Of a stretch of 64,000 bases of DNA, positions 21,477 to 30,835 are shown in pieces. Location: positions 1,495,835-1,559,834 of the forward strand of contig CAWGXN010000001.1 of the NCBI GenBank assembly GCA_963826605.1, written 5' to 3'. The notes under the pieces are model-generated. The model was not told where the DNA came from, made no database searches, and worked only from the letters and a program-made list of their open reading frames with translations. The stretch is from an uncultured Alphaproteobacteria bacterium. Lineage in GTDB: Bacteria > Pseudomonadota > Alphaproteobacteria > MPNO01 > DASWLB01. The translations under genes were made by a program, and so were the position numbers. Position 1 is the first letter of the stretch. Each line of letters starts with the position of its first letter.

Positions 21477-22331
21477 CCACAGCGCCCTCCTGGTTCTCGG
21501 AGACGCTATACCCCGACTACCAGCAACGGCACCTGGTCGAGCGGGTGCTCTACGAGGAGAAGACCGAGTTCCAGGAACTGGTCATCTTCGAGAGCCCCCG
21601 CTTCGGCCGGGTGCTGGCGCTGGACGGGGTGGTGCAGACCACCGAGCGTGACGAGTTCGTCTATCACGAGATGCTGACGCACGTGCCGATCCTGGCGCAC
21701 GGCGCGGCGAAGCGCGTGTGCATCATCGGCGGCGGCGACGGCGGCGCCATGGAAGAGGCGCTGAAGCATCCCGGCATCGAGACGGTGACGCTGGTCGAGA
21801 TCGATCCCAAGGTCGTCGAGCTGACCAAGCAGTACATCCCGTCGATCCCCGGCAAGGCGTTCGACGACCCGCGCGCCGAGCTGGTCATCGCCGACGGGCG
21901 CGAGTTCGTGAAGAACCCGCCCGCGCCGTACGACGTGATCATCGTCGATTCCACCGACCCGATCGGGCCGGCGCAGGTGCTGTTCGAACAGGATTTCTAT
22001 GCCGACTGCCGCGACGCGCTGACCGACCGCGGCATCATGATCACCCAGTCCGGCGTCACCTTCATGCAGGCCGACGAGGCCGAGGGCACGTACAAGCGCC
22101 TCGAACGCGCTGTTCCCCGACGCGACGTTCTACGTCGCCCAGGTGCCGACCTACGCCGCCGGGTTCATGACGCTCGGCTGGGGCTGCAAGGACAAGAGCG
22201 TGCGCGCCACGCCGCGCGCGACGATCGAGACACGCTTCGCCGTGGCCGAGCTCGACACGCGCTACTACAACCCCGCCATCCACGAAGCCTGCTTCGCGCT
22301 GCCCACCTATATCGAGCGGCTGAAGAGCTGA
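21473..22331 (+). CDS. speE: spermidine synthase SpeE (one inserted G near 22110)
   Basis: ATGA-coupled to speH. 'VCIIGGGDGGAMEEALKH' and 'VIIVDSTDPIGPA' motifs. C-terminus 'QVPTYAAGFMTLGW' in the shifted frame. Confidence 0.8.
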
Positions 22332-22341
22332 CGGCGCCGCC

Positions 22342-23112
22342 TCAGTTCGTCCGGATCGGCACCGGCTTGGTGGCGAGGCCGGGCTCGCCCTGCGCCTCGG
22401 CGCGCTCCAGCACGCGGCAGTAATAATCCCATAGCGAGTCCGAGCCGTAGCGCGAGCGCTGGGTATAGCGCCGGTCGGTCTCCTCGGGCTTCGGCGCCTC
22501 CCACGGCAGGCCGGCCGTCGCGGCGGCCAGCATCTGCTTGCAGGTCGCCTCGATCTGGATGCCGTTGAACACCATCTGCTCGGTGTCGCGGCCGCAGAAC
22601 GCGACGCCGTGATTGCGCATGAACACGAAGTTGGCGTCGCCGAGCGCCTGGGCGAGCGCCGCGCCCATCTCCGCAGACTGCACCAACTCGGAGGTGAGCT
22701 CGAAGCGCGGCGGCGGGTTGCGGATCGCGCGGGTGAGCGAGACCAGCGGCCCCGGCATCGCCGAGTAGATGCAGCAATGGAACGGGTGCGTATGGCCGGT
22801 CGCGTTCACGTCGGGCCGCGCCTTGAAGATTTCGGCGTGGATCGGCCATTCCGAATGGCGCGCGCCGTCGCCGAAGATCTTCTTGCCGTCCCAGTCGACC
22901 AGCACCAAGTCGCGCCAGTCATAGACCTCGCCCAGCGAGATCTGGTGGCGCTTCATCCAGAAGCCGCGCCCGTCCGGGTCGCGCAGCGCGACGTGGCCGA
23001 ACACCCGGTCGGAATGGCCCTGCATGTCGAGGATGCGCGCGCCACGGGCTAGCTTGTCGAGTTCGCGCCGGAGGTCGTCGTTCACGACGTTGGAGATGGC
23101 GGTATCGGGCAT
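22342..23112 (-). CDS. class II aldolase/adducin family protein (paralog 1)
   Basis: 'HTHPFHCCIYSA' metal-binding His motif. 256 aa. Confidence 0.8.
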   Translation of the reverse strand: MPDTAISNVVNDDLRRELDKLARGARILDMQGHSDRVFGHVALRDPDGRGFWMKRHQISLGEVYDWRDLVLVDWDGKKIFGDGARHSEWPIHAEIFKARPDVNATGHTHPFHCCIYSAMPGPLVSLTRAIRNPPPRFELTSELVQSAEMGAALAQALGDANFVFMRNHGVAFCGRDTEQMVFNGIQIEATCKQMLAAATAGLPWEAPKPEETDRRYTQRSRYGSDSLWDYYCRVLERAEAQGEPGLATKPVPIRTN

Positions 23113-23128
23113 CGCTGGGCTCCCAGGC

Positions 23129-23902
23129 TCAGTGCGGGCGGATCGGAACGGGGCTGGTGGCGAGCGTCGGCATGCCCTGCGCCTCGGCGCGCTCGAGCAC
23201 GCGCGAATAATAGTCCCACAGCGTGTCCGAGGTGCCGTAGCCCTTCGACACGCGCACCGCGTTGCCGGCGATCTCGGCGGCGGGCGGCGGCTCCCACGGC
23301 ATGCCGGAGCCGGCGGCGGCCAGCATCTGCTGGCAGGTCTCCTCGATCTGGATGGCGTTCAGCACCATCGCCTCGATCGTCTTGCCGGCGAAAATGACGC
23401 CATGGTTGCGCATCAGGCAGTACGGGTGGTCGCCCAGCGACTTGGCCAGAGCGCGGCCCATCTCCGGCGTCTGGATCAGCTCCGACGTCGCCTCGAAGCG
23501 CGGCGGCGGGGCCGTGATCGAGCGGGTGAGCGATATCAGCGGGTCGGGGATGGCGGAGAAGATGCAGCAGTGGAACGGGTGGGTATGGCCGGTCGCGTTG
23601 ATGTCGGGCCGGGCCTTGAAGATCTCGGCGTGGATCGGCCATTCGGAATGGCGCGCGCCTTCGCCGAAGATCTTCTTCCCCTCCCAGTTCACCAGCACGA
23701 AGTCGCGCCAGTCATACACCTCGCCCAGCGAGATCTGGTGGCGCTTCAGCCAGAAGCCGCGCCCGTCCGGGTCGCGATAGGCCACGTGGCCGAACACGCG
23801 GTCGGAATGGCCCTGCATGTCGAGGATGCGGGCGGCCCTGGCCAGCTTGTCGAGGTCGGCCCGCAGGCTGTCATTCACCACGTTCGAGGCGGCGTCGGTC
23901 AT
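23129..23902 (-). CDS. class II aldolase/adducin family protein (paralog 2, tandem)
   Basis: 'MTDAASNVVND...HTHPFHCCIFSA'. About 75% identical to the downstream paralog. Confidence 0.8.
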   Translation of the reverse strand: MTDAASNVVNDSLRADLDKLARAARILDMQGHSDRVFGHVAYRDPDGRGFWLKRHQISLGEVYDWRDFVLVNWEGKKIFGEGARHSEWPIHAEIFKARPDINATGHTHPFHCCIFSAIPDPLISLTRSITAPPPRFEATSELIQTPEMGRALAKSLGDHPYCLMRNHGVIFAGKTIEAMVLNAIQIEETCQQMLAAAGSGMPWEPPPAAEIAGNAVRVSKGYGTSDTLWDYYSRVLERAEAQGMPTLATSPVPIRPH

Positions 23903-23916
23903 GTCTTTTCCCTTCC

Positions 23917-24909
23917 CTACTCGTCGAGCGTCGCCGGGGCGAACGCCTCCTCCAGCTTCATCAGGCGCGGCGTCAGCCCCTGCTCCACCGAATACTGCGC
24001 CGCGGTCTCCAGCACCTTGCGGTTCGCCACCACGCCATGGTGGATCAGCGGCGTCGCCAGGGCCTCGCGCGCCTCGCGCGGCAAAAGCCCGGTCGCGACG
24101 TGGTAGTCGGTATGGATCTGGCGCTCGCGCTCGGCGATCTCGTTCGCCTTGCGGAAGGCGGCGAGCAGGTTGGTGACCACCCACGGGTTCTTTTCGGCGA
24201 TCGTGCGGCGCACCACCATGCCGTGATTGATGGGGAAGAGGCCGGTCTTGCGGTAGTAGCGCACCCCCTCGCCCAGGCGATCGGGGAACAGCGGCTTGAA
24301 GTCCGGATGCCCGTCGAGCTTCGCGGTCGAGCGGTCGACCCGGTTCGCCACGCCGTAATAGAGGAGCGTGGCGTCAAGCTCCTTCTTCAGCAGCATCTCG
24401 CCGATGTTCTTTTCCTCGGGGATCTGGTGGATCGTCACCCCTTCGGGCGCGGTGAAGTTCACCGCCCCGGCGTGGCTGTGCGACGGGATGCGCTCCATGT
24501 GCCAAGTGACGTCCGACGGGCGCACGCCCCATTCGTGCTGCAGCGCGCCGCGGGACCACAAGGCCGCGGTCTGCTGGTATTCGGGAACGCCGACCCGCTT
24601 GCCCTTCAGGTCTTCCGGCCGCTCGATCCCCGCGTCGCGGCGCACCAGGACCCGCGTGTGGAAGAACTCGCGCGTGGTGAAGATCGGCAGCCCGACCCAG
24701 CGCTCGTCGCCGCGCGCCAGGGTCATCAGCAGCGAGGAGAACGACATCTCGGACACGTCGAACTCGGCGAAGCGGAGCTGGCGCCAGAACAGCTCCGACA
24801 CCGGGACCACGTTGCAGATCAGGTCGATCCCGTCCGGCTTCACCCGCCCGTCGAGCACCGGCCAGGTGCGCGGGTTGGAGGCCATGCCGATGGAAAGCTG
24901 AAGCGCCAT
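23917..24909 (-). CDS. 4,5-dihydroxyphthalate decarboxylase-like protein (NMT1/THI5 fold)
   Basis: 330-aa intact ORF. 'MALQLSIGMASNPRTWPVLDGRVKPDGIDL' resembles PhtD-family N-termini. Confidence 0.55.
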   Translation of the reverse strand: MALQLSIGMASNPRTWPVLDGRVKPDGIDLICNVVPVSELFWRQLRFAEFDVSEMSFSSLLMTLARGDERWVGLPIFTTREFFHTRVLVRRDAGIERPEDLKGKRVGVPEYQQTAALWSRGALQHEWGVRPSDVTWHMERIPSHSHAGAVNFTAPEGVTIHQIPEEKNIGEMLLKKELDATLLYYGVANRVDRSTAKLDGHPDFKPLFPDRLGEGVRYYRKTGLFPINHGMVVRRTIAEKNPWVVTNLLAAFRKANEIAERERQIHTDYHVATGLLPREAREALATPLIHHGVVANRKVLETAAQYSVEQGLTPRLMKLEEAFAPATLDE

Positions 24910-25186
24910 GTTCCCCCCTCAGGGCTTGTCTTTGTTGTGCGGACGCAAAGCCATATTGGTCCGAAGCGGAGCCCGGTGCAATCGTGCGCGCGGCCGCGCG
25001 CGACATGACGCAGCGGGGTCGCGCCCTGTCGCGCGATATCTCCTAAAGCCGCCTCAAGCCGCGTCGATCGCAGGCGCCAAGCTGTTGAACTGCAACGAAC
25101 CGTAACCGGATCTGGGCAAAAAATGCTCCGGCCGGCGCCGCAACGGCCCGGCGTCGGCGGGCACGGCGTATAAAGGAAAATGTCCA

Positions 25187-25582
25187 TCAACCGGCCTCGG
25201 CGAATTCGAGCGCAAGCGTGTCGCCATCGCGGAGACCGAGCGCAGCGCGCACTTCGATGGCCGCGATCACCTCCACCTTGTCGGCCGGATAGGACGGCAG
25301 CTCGGGCAGCACCACCGCGCCGGGGATGCGCCCGGCGATGGTCACGGGGTAGAGCTTCGCCGCGCACCAGCCGGGATCGGGCGGCACGATGCGCAGGCCG
25401 GGCCGCGCGCGCAGCCGCGCCCACATCGCCCGTGCGGCCTCATCGTCCAGCGCCAGATTTACCGTGCCGGGATACGGATCGATACCGACCTTGGCGACGA
25501 ACGCCGCCCGCGCCCAGTCGAGCCGGGTGAACGATTCGCCCTCCCCCAGCCCCGACGCCAGAATGCCGGTCAGCGTCGCCAT
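25187..25582 (-). CDS. DUF120/CTP-dependent riboflavin kinase-like domain protein
   Basis: 'ILASGLGEGESFTRLDWARAAF...GIDPYPGTVN' resembles archaeal-type RibK. Confidence 0.45.
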   Translation of the reverse strand: MATLTGILASGLGEGESFTRLDWARAAFVAKVGIDPYPGTVNLALDDEAARAMWARLRARPGLRIVPPDPGWCAAKLYPVTIAGRIPGAVVLPELPSYPADKVEVIAAIEVRAALGLRDGDTLALEFAEAG

Positions 25583-25635
25583 GCGTCCTCGAACATCTTG
25601 CCGGCCATCCGCGGCATGATACACTGCGCCCCGCC

Positions 25636-25710
25636 GCGGGCGTAGTTCAGTGGTAGAACGTCAGCTTCCCAAGCTGAATGTCGTGGGTTCGACTCCCATC
25701 GCCCGCTCCA
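25636..25710 (+). tRNA. tRNA-Gly (anticodon CCC)
   Basis: 'gcgggcgtagttcagtggtagaacgtcagcttcccaagctgaatgtcgtgggttcgactcccatcgcccgctcca'. Cloverleaf with anticodon loop ttCCCaa, T-loop GGTTCGA, 3' CCA. Confidence 0.9.
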
Positions 25711-25870
25711 TTTCCCCCGCGCCAGGCTCGGCCGCTCCAGGCTTCGAGCGCGCATTCCTATAGCTGTGACATCGGCTCGGAACCCTCCGCGCCGCCCCGC
25801 CGTTGACCTTGCAGAACGGCCCACCGCGCGCAGACGAGACGCGGATCAGATTTTGCCGCACGAGTAAGGC

Positions 25871-26932
25871 GTGCCGACGATGGCGAGAAAGACCAGCACA
25901 GGGAGCAATGGAGGCCGGGTCAACGGGGACCGGCCCGAACGGGGGATGCGGATGACCAACTCCTCGCACGGCGTTAATCAGTTCGCGGAACCGCAGGCAT
26001 GGCTCGCGGCGATCGTCGAATCGGCCGAGGACGCCATTGTCGGCAAGACGCTGGACGGCGAGGTCGTCAGCTGGAATCCCGCCGCCGAAGGGCTGTTCGG
26101 CTATCGCGCCGAAGAGATCGTCGGGCAGCCAATCGCGATTTTGGCCGACCCCGCCCATCCGAGCGAGATGGCGGACATCCTCAGCCGGCTGCGCGATGGC
26201 GAGCGCATCGGGCGCTACGAGACCACGCGCCGGCGCAAGGACGGGACGATCGTGCCCGTGTCCCTCACCATCTCGCCGGTGCGCAGCGACGCCGGCACGC
26301 TGATCGGCGCGTCCAAGATCGCCCGCGACATCACCGACCGGCGACGCAGCGAGGAGCAGATCCGGCTGCTGAACGCCGACCTGTCGCATCGCACCAAGAA
26401 CCTGCTCACCATGGTGTCCGCCCTGGTCGAGCGCACCCAGCGCGACACCGTGCCCGAGTTCCGCGAGGTGATCCGCGGCCGGATCATGGCGCTCGACCGG
26501 GCGAACTCACTGCTGAGCGCGGGCGGCTGGCAGCAGGCCGACCTCGACCTCGTCATCCGTCGCGTGCTCGAGACGTTCGGAACGCGCAGCCACGGCTTCC
26601 TGGTCGAGGGCCCGGCGGTGGCCGTCAGCGCCGAGGCGGCCCAGACGCTCGCCATCGCCATCCACGAGCTCGCCACCAATGCAGTGAAGTACGGTGCGCT
26701 GGCCCGCGAGGGCGGCGTGGTCGAGGTGAGCTGGGAAACGGGCGGCGGCGACATTGCGCTCCATTGGCGCGAGGTCGGCGGGCCGTCCGCGGCGCTCCCG
26801 ACGTGCGAGGGGCTCGGGCTCACGATCGTGCGGCTGGGCATCGAGCGCCAGCTCGACGGCGTGCTCGGCATGGATTGGCAGGAGACCGGCCTCGCCTGCC
26901 GCATCGCCCTGCCCGCCCGCCACCTGCGATAG
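25871..26932 (+). CDS. PAS-domain sensor histidine kinase, HWE family
   Basis: PAS 'VSWNPAAEGLFGYRAEEIVGQP'. 'ADLSHRTKNLLTMV' H-box. 'IAIHELATNAVKYGA' ATP-lid and HWE pattern. Start ambiguous: 25871, 25946 or 25952. Confidence 0.8.
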   Translation: MPTMARKTSTGSNGGRVNGDRPERGMRMTNSSHGVNQFAEPQAWLAAIVESAEDAIVGKTLDGEVVSWNPAAEGLFGYRAEEIVGQPIAILADPAHPSEMADILSRLRDGERIGRYETTRRRKDGTIVPVSLTISPVRSDAGTLIGASKIARDITDRRRSEEQIRLLNADLSHRTKNLLTMVSALVERTQRDTVPEFREVIRGRIMALDRANSLLSAGGWQQADLDLVIRRVLETFGTRSHGFLVEGPAVAVSAEAAQTLAIAIHELATNAVKYGALAREGGVVEVSWETGGGDIALHWREVGGPSAALPTCEGLGLTIVRLGIERQLDGVLGMDWQETGLACRIALPARHLR

Positions 26933-26953
26933 AGCCATTTTCCGCCCACCCCT

Positions 26954-28192
26954 CTACTCGCCTGCCGCCTCGGCGGCGTGGCGGCGCTCGACGGCGGAAT
27001 CGATGTCGCCCATGGTGAATCCCACCACGACGGCGGTGATCAGCAGAATGGCCGTGCCGGCGTGGAACACCACGTCCATCCCGCCGACGGCATAGATCAG
27101 CCCGAAGATCGGCGGCGCGATGGTCTGGCCGATGCGGAACATGGTCGAGTTGAGCGCCATCACCGCGGCCCGCGAATCGTGCGGCGCGAACTCCGCGACC
27201 AGCGTGTTGACCGAGGGGTTGAGCACCCCCTGCGCGAGGCCGCGGATGAAGGCCGGGATCAGCAGGTACCACAATGACGGCATGCCGACATTGAGCGAAA
27301 TCCCGGCGCCCGACAGGACCAGCCCGATGACGATCATCTGGCGGAAGGTGAGCAGCCGGCGGATGCGCACCGCCTGGGTCGACATGATGGTGGAGATCAC
27401 CGGGCTGAACCCGACGATGATGCCGATCTCCAGGGGCGATCCGCCGAACCGGCTGGAAATCAGGAAGGTCAGGTAGACGATCAGCACGCCGAACGAGACG
27501 GCCACCGTCATCAGGTTGCACAGGAACAAAGCTGCCATGCGCCGGTTGGCGATGCCGCGAAGCGCACTGCCCACATACTCGCCCATCGGCAGCGCGTGCT
27601 TGGGCTCGGGGTTGCGCAGCCGGAACGCCACCAGCCACGCTGCCGGCAGCCCGATCAGCGCCAGCAGGAACGGCCAGTGCCAGCCCGCCAGCGCCACCGC
27701 GCCGCCGAGGATCGGGTAGCCCAGCATCAGCGACGACATGACCGAGGCGTTGTAGCCCATCGCCTCCATGCGCCGTCGCCCGGTGAACAGCTCGCCGATG
27801 ACGGTGTTGTTGAGCGCGCCGAGCGGCGCCGCGGCGCAGCCCTGCAGGAAGCGGAGCACGATCAGCGTGGTGAAGCTCTGCGTCATCACGCAGGCCGACC
27901 CGGCAGCGGCGAACAGGATCAGGCTCGGCACCAGCACGCGCTTGCGGCCAATCCGGTCGGCGAGGATGCCGGCGACCGGCGACAGGAAGATGCCCGGCAG
28001 GGTGTTGAAGGTGATCAGCAGCCCCGCCTGCTGCGAGTTGATGTGGAACGCCTTCATGATCAGCGGGAAGGCCGGCGTGATGGTCGACGTGCCCAGCATC
28101 GCCGTCGCGGTCACGCAGAACAGGATCAACAGGTTGCGGTCGAGATAGAGCGGCCGCTCTCCGCCCCGCTTGCGGCGCGCCAGCGCGATCAT
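26954..28192 (-). CDS. MFS transporter (paralog 1)
   Basis: About 412 aa with 12 TM helices. 'GILADRIGRKRVLV' MFS motif A. ATGA-coupled to the upstream paralog. Confidence 0.8.
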   Translation of the reverse strand: MIALARRKRGGERPLYLDRNLLILFCVTATAMLGTSTITPAFPLIMKAFHINSQQAGLLITFNTLPGIFLSPVAGILADRIGRKRVLVPSLILFAAAGSACVMTQSFTTLIVLRFLQGCAAAPLGALNNTVIGELFTGRRRMEAMGYNASVMSSLMLGYPILGGAVALAGWHWPFLLALIGLPAAWLVAFRLRNPEPKHALPMGEYVGSALRGIANRRMAALFLCNLMTVAVSFGVLIVYLTFLISSRFGGSPLEIGIIVGFSPVISTIMSTQAVRIRRLLTFRQMIVIGLVLSGAGISLNVGMPSLWYLLIPAFIRGLAQGVLNPSVNTLVAEFAPHDSRAAVMALNSTMFRIGQTIAPPIFGLIYAVGGMDVVFHAGTAILLITAVVVGFTMGDIDSAVERRHAAEAAGE

Positions 28193-29404
28193 GCGGCCGC
28201 CCCGGTTCCGGTCGGGGTCGGGCCGAGCGCCCAGCCGACCGTAACCGCGCTCGCCGCCAGCATCACCGCCGCCGTGTAGAATACCGTGTCCATCCCCCCC
28301 AGCGCATAGCACAGCCCGAAGATCAGCGGGCCGAGCGTCTGGCCCGTCCGGCTGAGCATGCCGTTGAACGCCATCACCGCGGCGCGGCTCGTCACCGGGG
28401 CGTTTTCCAGCACCATCGTATAGAGCGACGGGTTGAGGATTCCCTGAGCGATGCCGCGCACGAAGGCCGGCACCAGCAGCAGCCACAGGGTTGGCATCAG
28501 CGTGTTGGTCGCCATGCCGATCGCCGACAGCAGCGTGCCCAGCACGATCATCTGGCGGTAGGTCATCAGCCGGGTGAGCCGTATCGCCTGGCTCGACATC
28601 AAGCGTGGACACGAACGAGGCCGAGGCGATCACCACGCCGATGGTGAACGGGTCGGCGTCGAACCGGTTCTTCATCAGGAGCGCGAGATAGACCATCAGC
28701 GCGCCGAACGCCACGATCACCCCCACCAGATTGGCGCTGCACAGCGTGATCATCCGCCGGTTGACGATGCTCTTGATCGCGCCGAGCAGGTACTCGCGGA
28801 AGCTCTGCGCGCCCTTGGGCTCGGGGTTGCGCAGCCCGAACGCGACGAAGCACGCGACCGGCACGGCGAACAGCGGCAGGAAGAACGGGTAGCGCCACCC
28901 CGCCAGCGCCACCAGCCCGCCCAGCATCGGGTTGTTGAGCGTCGCCATGTTCTGCACCGACGCGTTGTAGCCGATCGCCTCGGCGCGGGTGCGCCCGGAA
29001 TAGAGATCGCCGATCAGCGTGTTGTTGAGCGCGGTCAGCGCCGCGCCGCCGGTGCCCTGGACGAAGCGCAGGACGAGCAGCCAGTGGAAGCTGGGCACGA
29101 AGGCGCACGACGCGCCGGCGAAGGCGAACAGCAGCAGCGACGGGACCAGCACCCGCTTGCGCCCATAGCGGTCGGCGAGGAGCCCGACCACCGGCGCGAA
29201 CACGATGCCAGGCAGCGTGAAGAAGGTGATCAGCAGCCCCACCTGCTGCGACGAGATGTGGAAGGCGTGCATGATGGTGGGAAAGGCCGGGGTCAGCGAG
29301 CCGACGCCCATCATCGCCGTGATCGTGACCGAGAACACGATCATCAGGTTGCGCTCGAGATAGAGCGGCGGGCGGCGCTGGCCTTCGCGGGGAAACGCGG
29401 TCAT
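28189..29404 (-). CDS. MFS transporter (paralog 2; one frameshift near 28600)
   Basis: 'MTAFPREGQRRPPLYLERNLMIVFSVTITAMMG...GLLADRYGRKRVLV'. C-terminal part in a second frame. Confidence 0.75.
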
Positions 29405-29527
29405 CCGGACCTCGGTGTGGCCGGTCAAGCTAGCAGATGGCGGCCCCTGCTCCAACGCGCGGGGCTGCAAGCCAGCCCGCCGGCGCGGCCAGATCGAGAA
29501 GGGCGAACCCCGGTACCGGCGGTCACA

Positions 29528-29675
29528 CCTCACCCTGTCCCTCTCCCAAGGGAGAGGGGATGCTGCGCCAGCTTTCCTTACTTTGCTTACTTTGCCGGAA
29601 CAAGACGTACCCGACGAGGTTCAATGCTTGCACCGCGGGATCCCTCCCCCTTGAGAGAGGGACAGGGTGAGGGGG
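29528..29675. repeat. composite palindromic repeat family A, copy 2 (divergent promoter region)
   Basis: 'cctcaccctgtccctctcccaagggagagggg' ... 'ccctcccccttgagagagggacagggtgaggggg'. Confidence 0.8.
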
Positions 29676-29799
29676 CGGACGTCCAGAATTCGCGAGCTCT
29701 CGCGGACGAACGGAAGGTGCGGGCGGTCGCCCATTCTCGACCCCTGACCCCTTCCCTCGCCGGCGCGGGCGGGGCATTCTGGCCGCCAGGAGGGATTCG

Positions 29800-30834
29800 A
29801 TGGCCGCGACGAACGTTGCAGAACGCACCGCCTTCTACGACCGCATCCGTGCGCGCCACCTCGCGCCGCTGTGGGAGTACGTTAACCCGTCGGTGCCGAC
29901 CACGCCGGCCGTCCCGGCGCTGTGGCGCTGGGACGAGGTGCGCGCGGACGTGATCGAATTGGGCCGGATGATCTCCAAGGCGGAGGCGCACCGCCGCGTG
30001 CTGGTGCTGGAGAATCCCGCCCTGCCGGGCGGCCAGGCGGCGACCCGCACGCTCTATGCCGGGCTGCAGCTCATCTATCCCGGCGAGGTCGCGCCCAACC
30101 ACCGCCACACCCAGTCGGCGCTGCGTTTCCTCCTGGAAGGCGAAGGCGCCTACACCGCCATTTCGGGCGAGCGAGCCTGGATGAGCCCGGGCGACTTCGT
30201 GGTGACGCCGTCCTGGACGTGGCACGACCACGGCAACGAGGGGGACGGGCCCGTCATCTGGCTCGACGCGCTCGATTCGCCGCTGGTCGCCTTCCTCGGC
30301 GCCGAGTTCCGCGCGCACGCGCCCGAGCACGCCCAGCGCGAGGAGCGGCCGGCCGGGGATTCCGCGGCGCGCTACAATGCCGGGCTGCTGCCGATGGGGC
30401 TCGACCGGCCGAGCCAGGCCTCGCCGGTGCTCAACTACCCGTTTGCACGCAGCCGGGCCGCCCTCGCCGCCCTCGCACGCGCGGGCGAGCCCGACCCGTG
30501 CCACGGCCATCGCCTGCAATACGTCAACCCGGCGACGGGCGGGCCGGCCTTCCCGACCATGGGGACGTCGCTGCAGCTTCTGCCGGCGGGATTCGTCGGC
30601 ACGCCCTACCGCGCCACCGACTCGGCACTCTATGCCGTCGCGGAAGGGCACGGGCGCACCATCGTCGGCGACGCGACGTTCGAGTGGGGCCCGCGCGACG
30701 TGTTCGTGGTGCCGTCCTGGCACCGCCACCGCCACGAGGCCGCGACCGAGGCGGTGCTGTTTTGCGTGTCCGACCGTCCGGTGCACCAGAAGCTCGACCT
30801 CTGGCGCGAGGAACGCGGCAACGCGGCCGGCTGA
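29800..30834 (+). CDS. gentisate 1,2-dioxygenase-like bicupin
   Basis: 344 aa. Two cupin motifs ('GEVAPNHRHTQSALRFLLEGEG' and 'GHRLQYVNPATGG...'). N-terminal 'FYDRIRARHLAPLWE' typical of gentisate/1-hydroxy-2-naphthoate dioxygenases. Confidence 0.75.
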   Translation: MAATNVAERTAFYDRIRARHLAPLWEYVNPSVPTTPAVPALWRWDEVRADVIELGRMISKAEAHRRVLVLENPALPGGQAATRTLYAGLQLIYPGEVAPNHRHTQSALRFLLEGEGAYTAISGERAWMSPGDFVVTPSWTWHDHGNEGDGPVIWLDALDSPLVAFLGAEFRAHAPEHAQREERPAGDSAARYNAGLLPMGLDRPSQASPVLNYPFARSRAALAALARAGEPDPCHGHRLQYVNPATGGPAFPTMGTSLQLLPAGFVGTPYRATDSALYAVAEGHGRTIVGDATFEWGPRDVFVVPSWHRHRHEAATEAVLFCVSDRPVHQKLDLWREERGNAAG

Positions 30835-30835
30835 C

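Noticed and set aside
25636-25710. Integrated prophage or genomic island at tRNA-Gly (and at tRNA-Pro 47860-47936)
   Set aside because: No integrase, excisionase, phage structural genes or att-like direct repeat of the tRNA 3' end in the window. Recorded only as a weak accessory-region hint.
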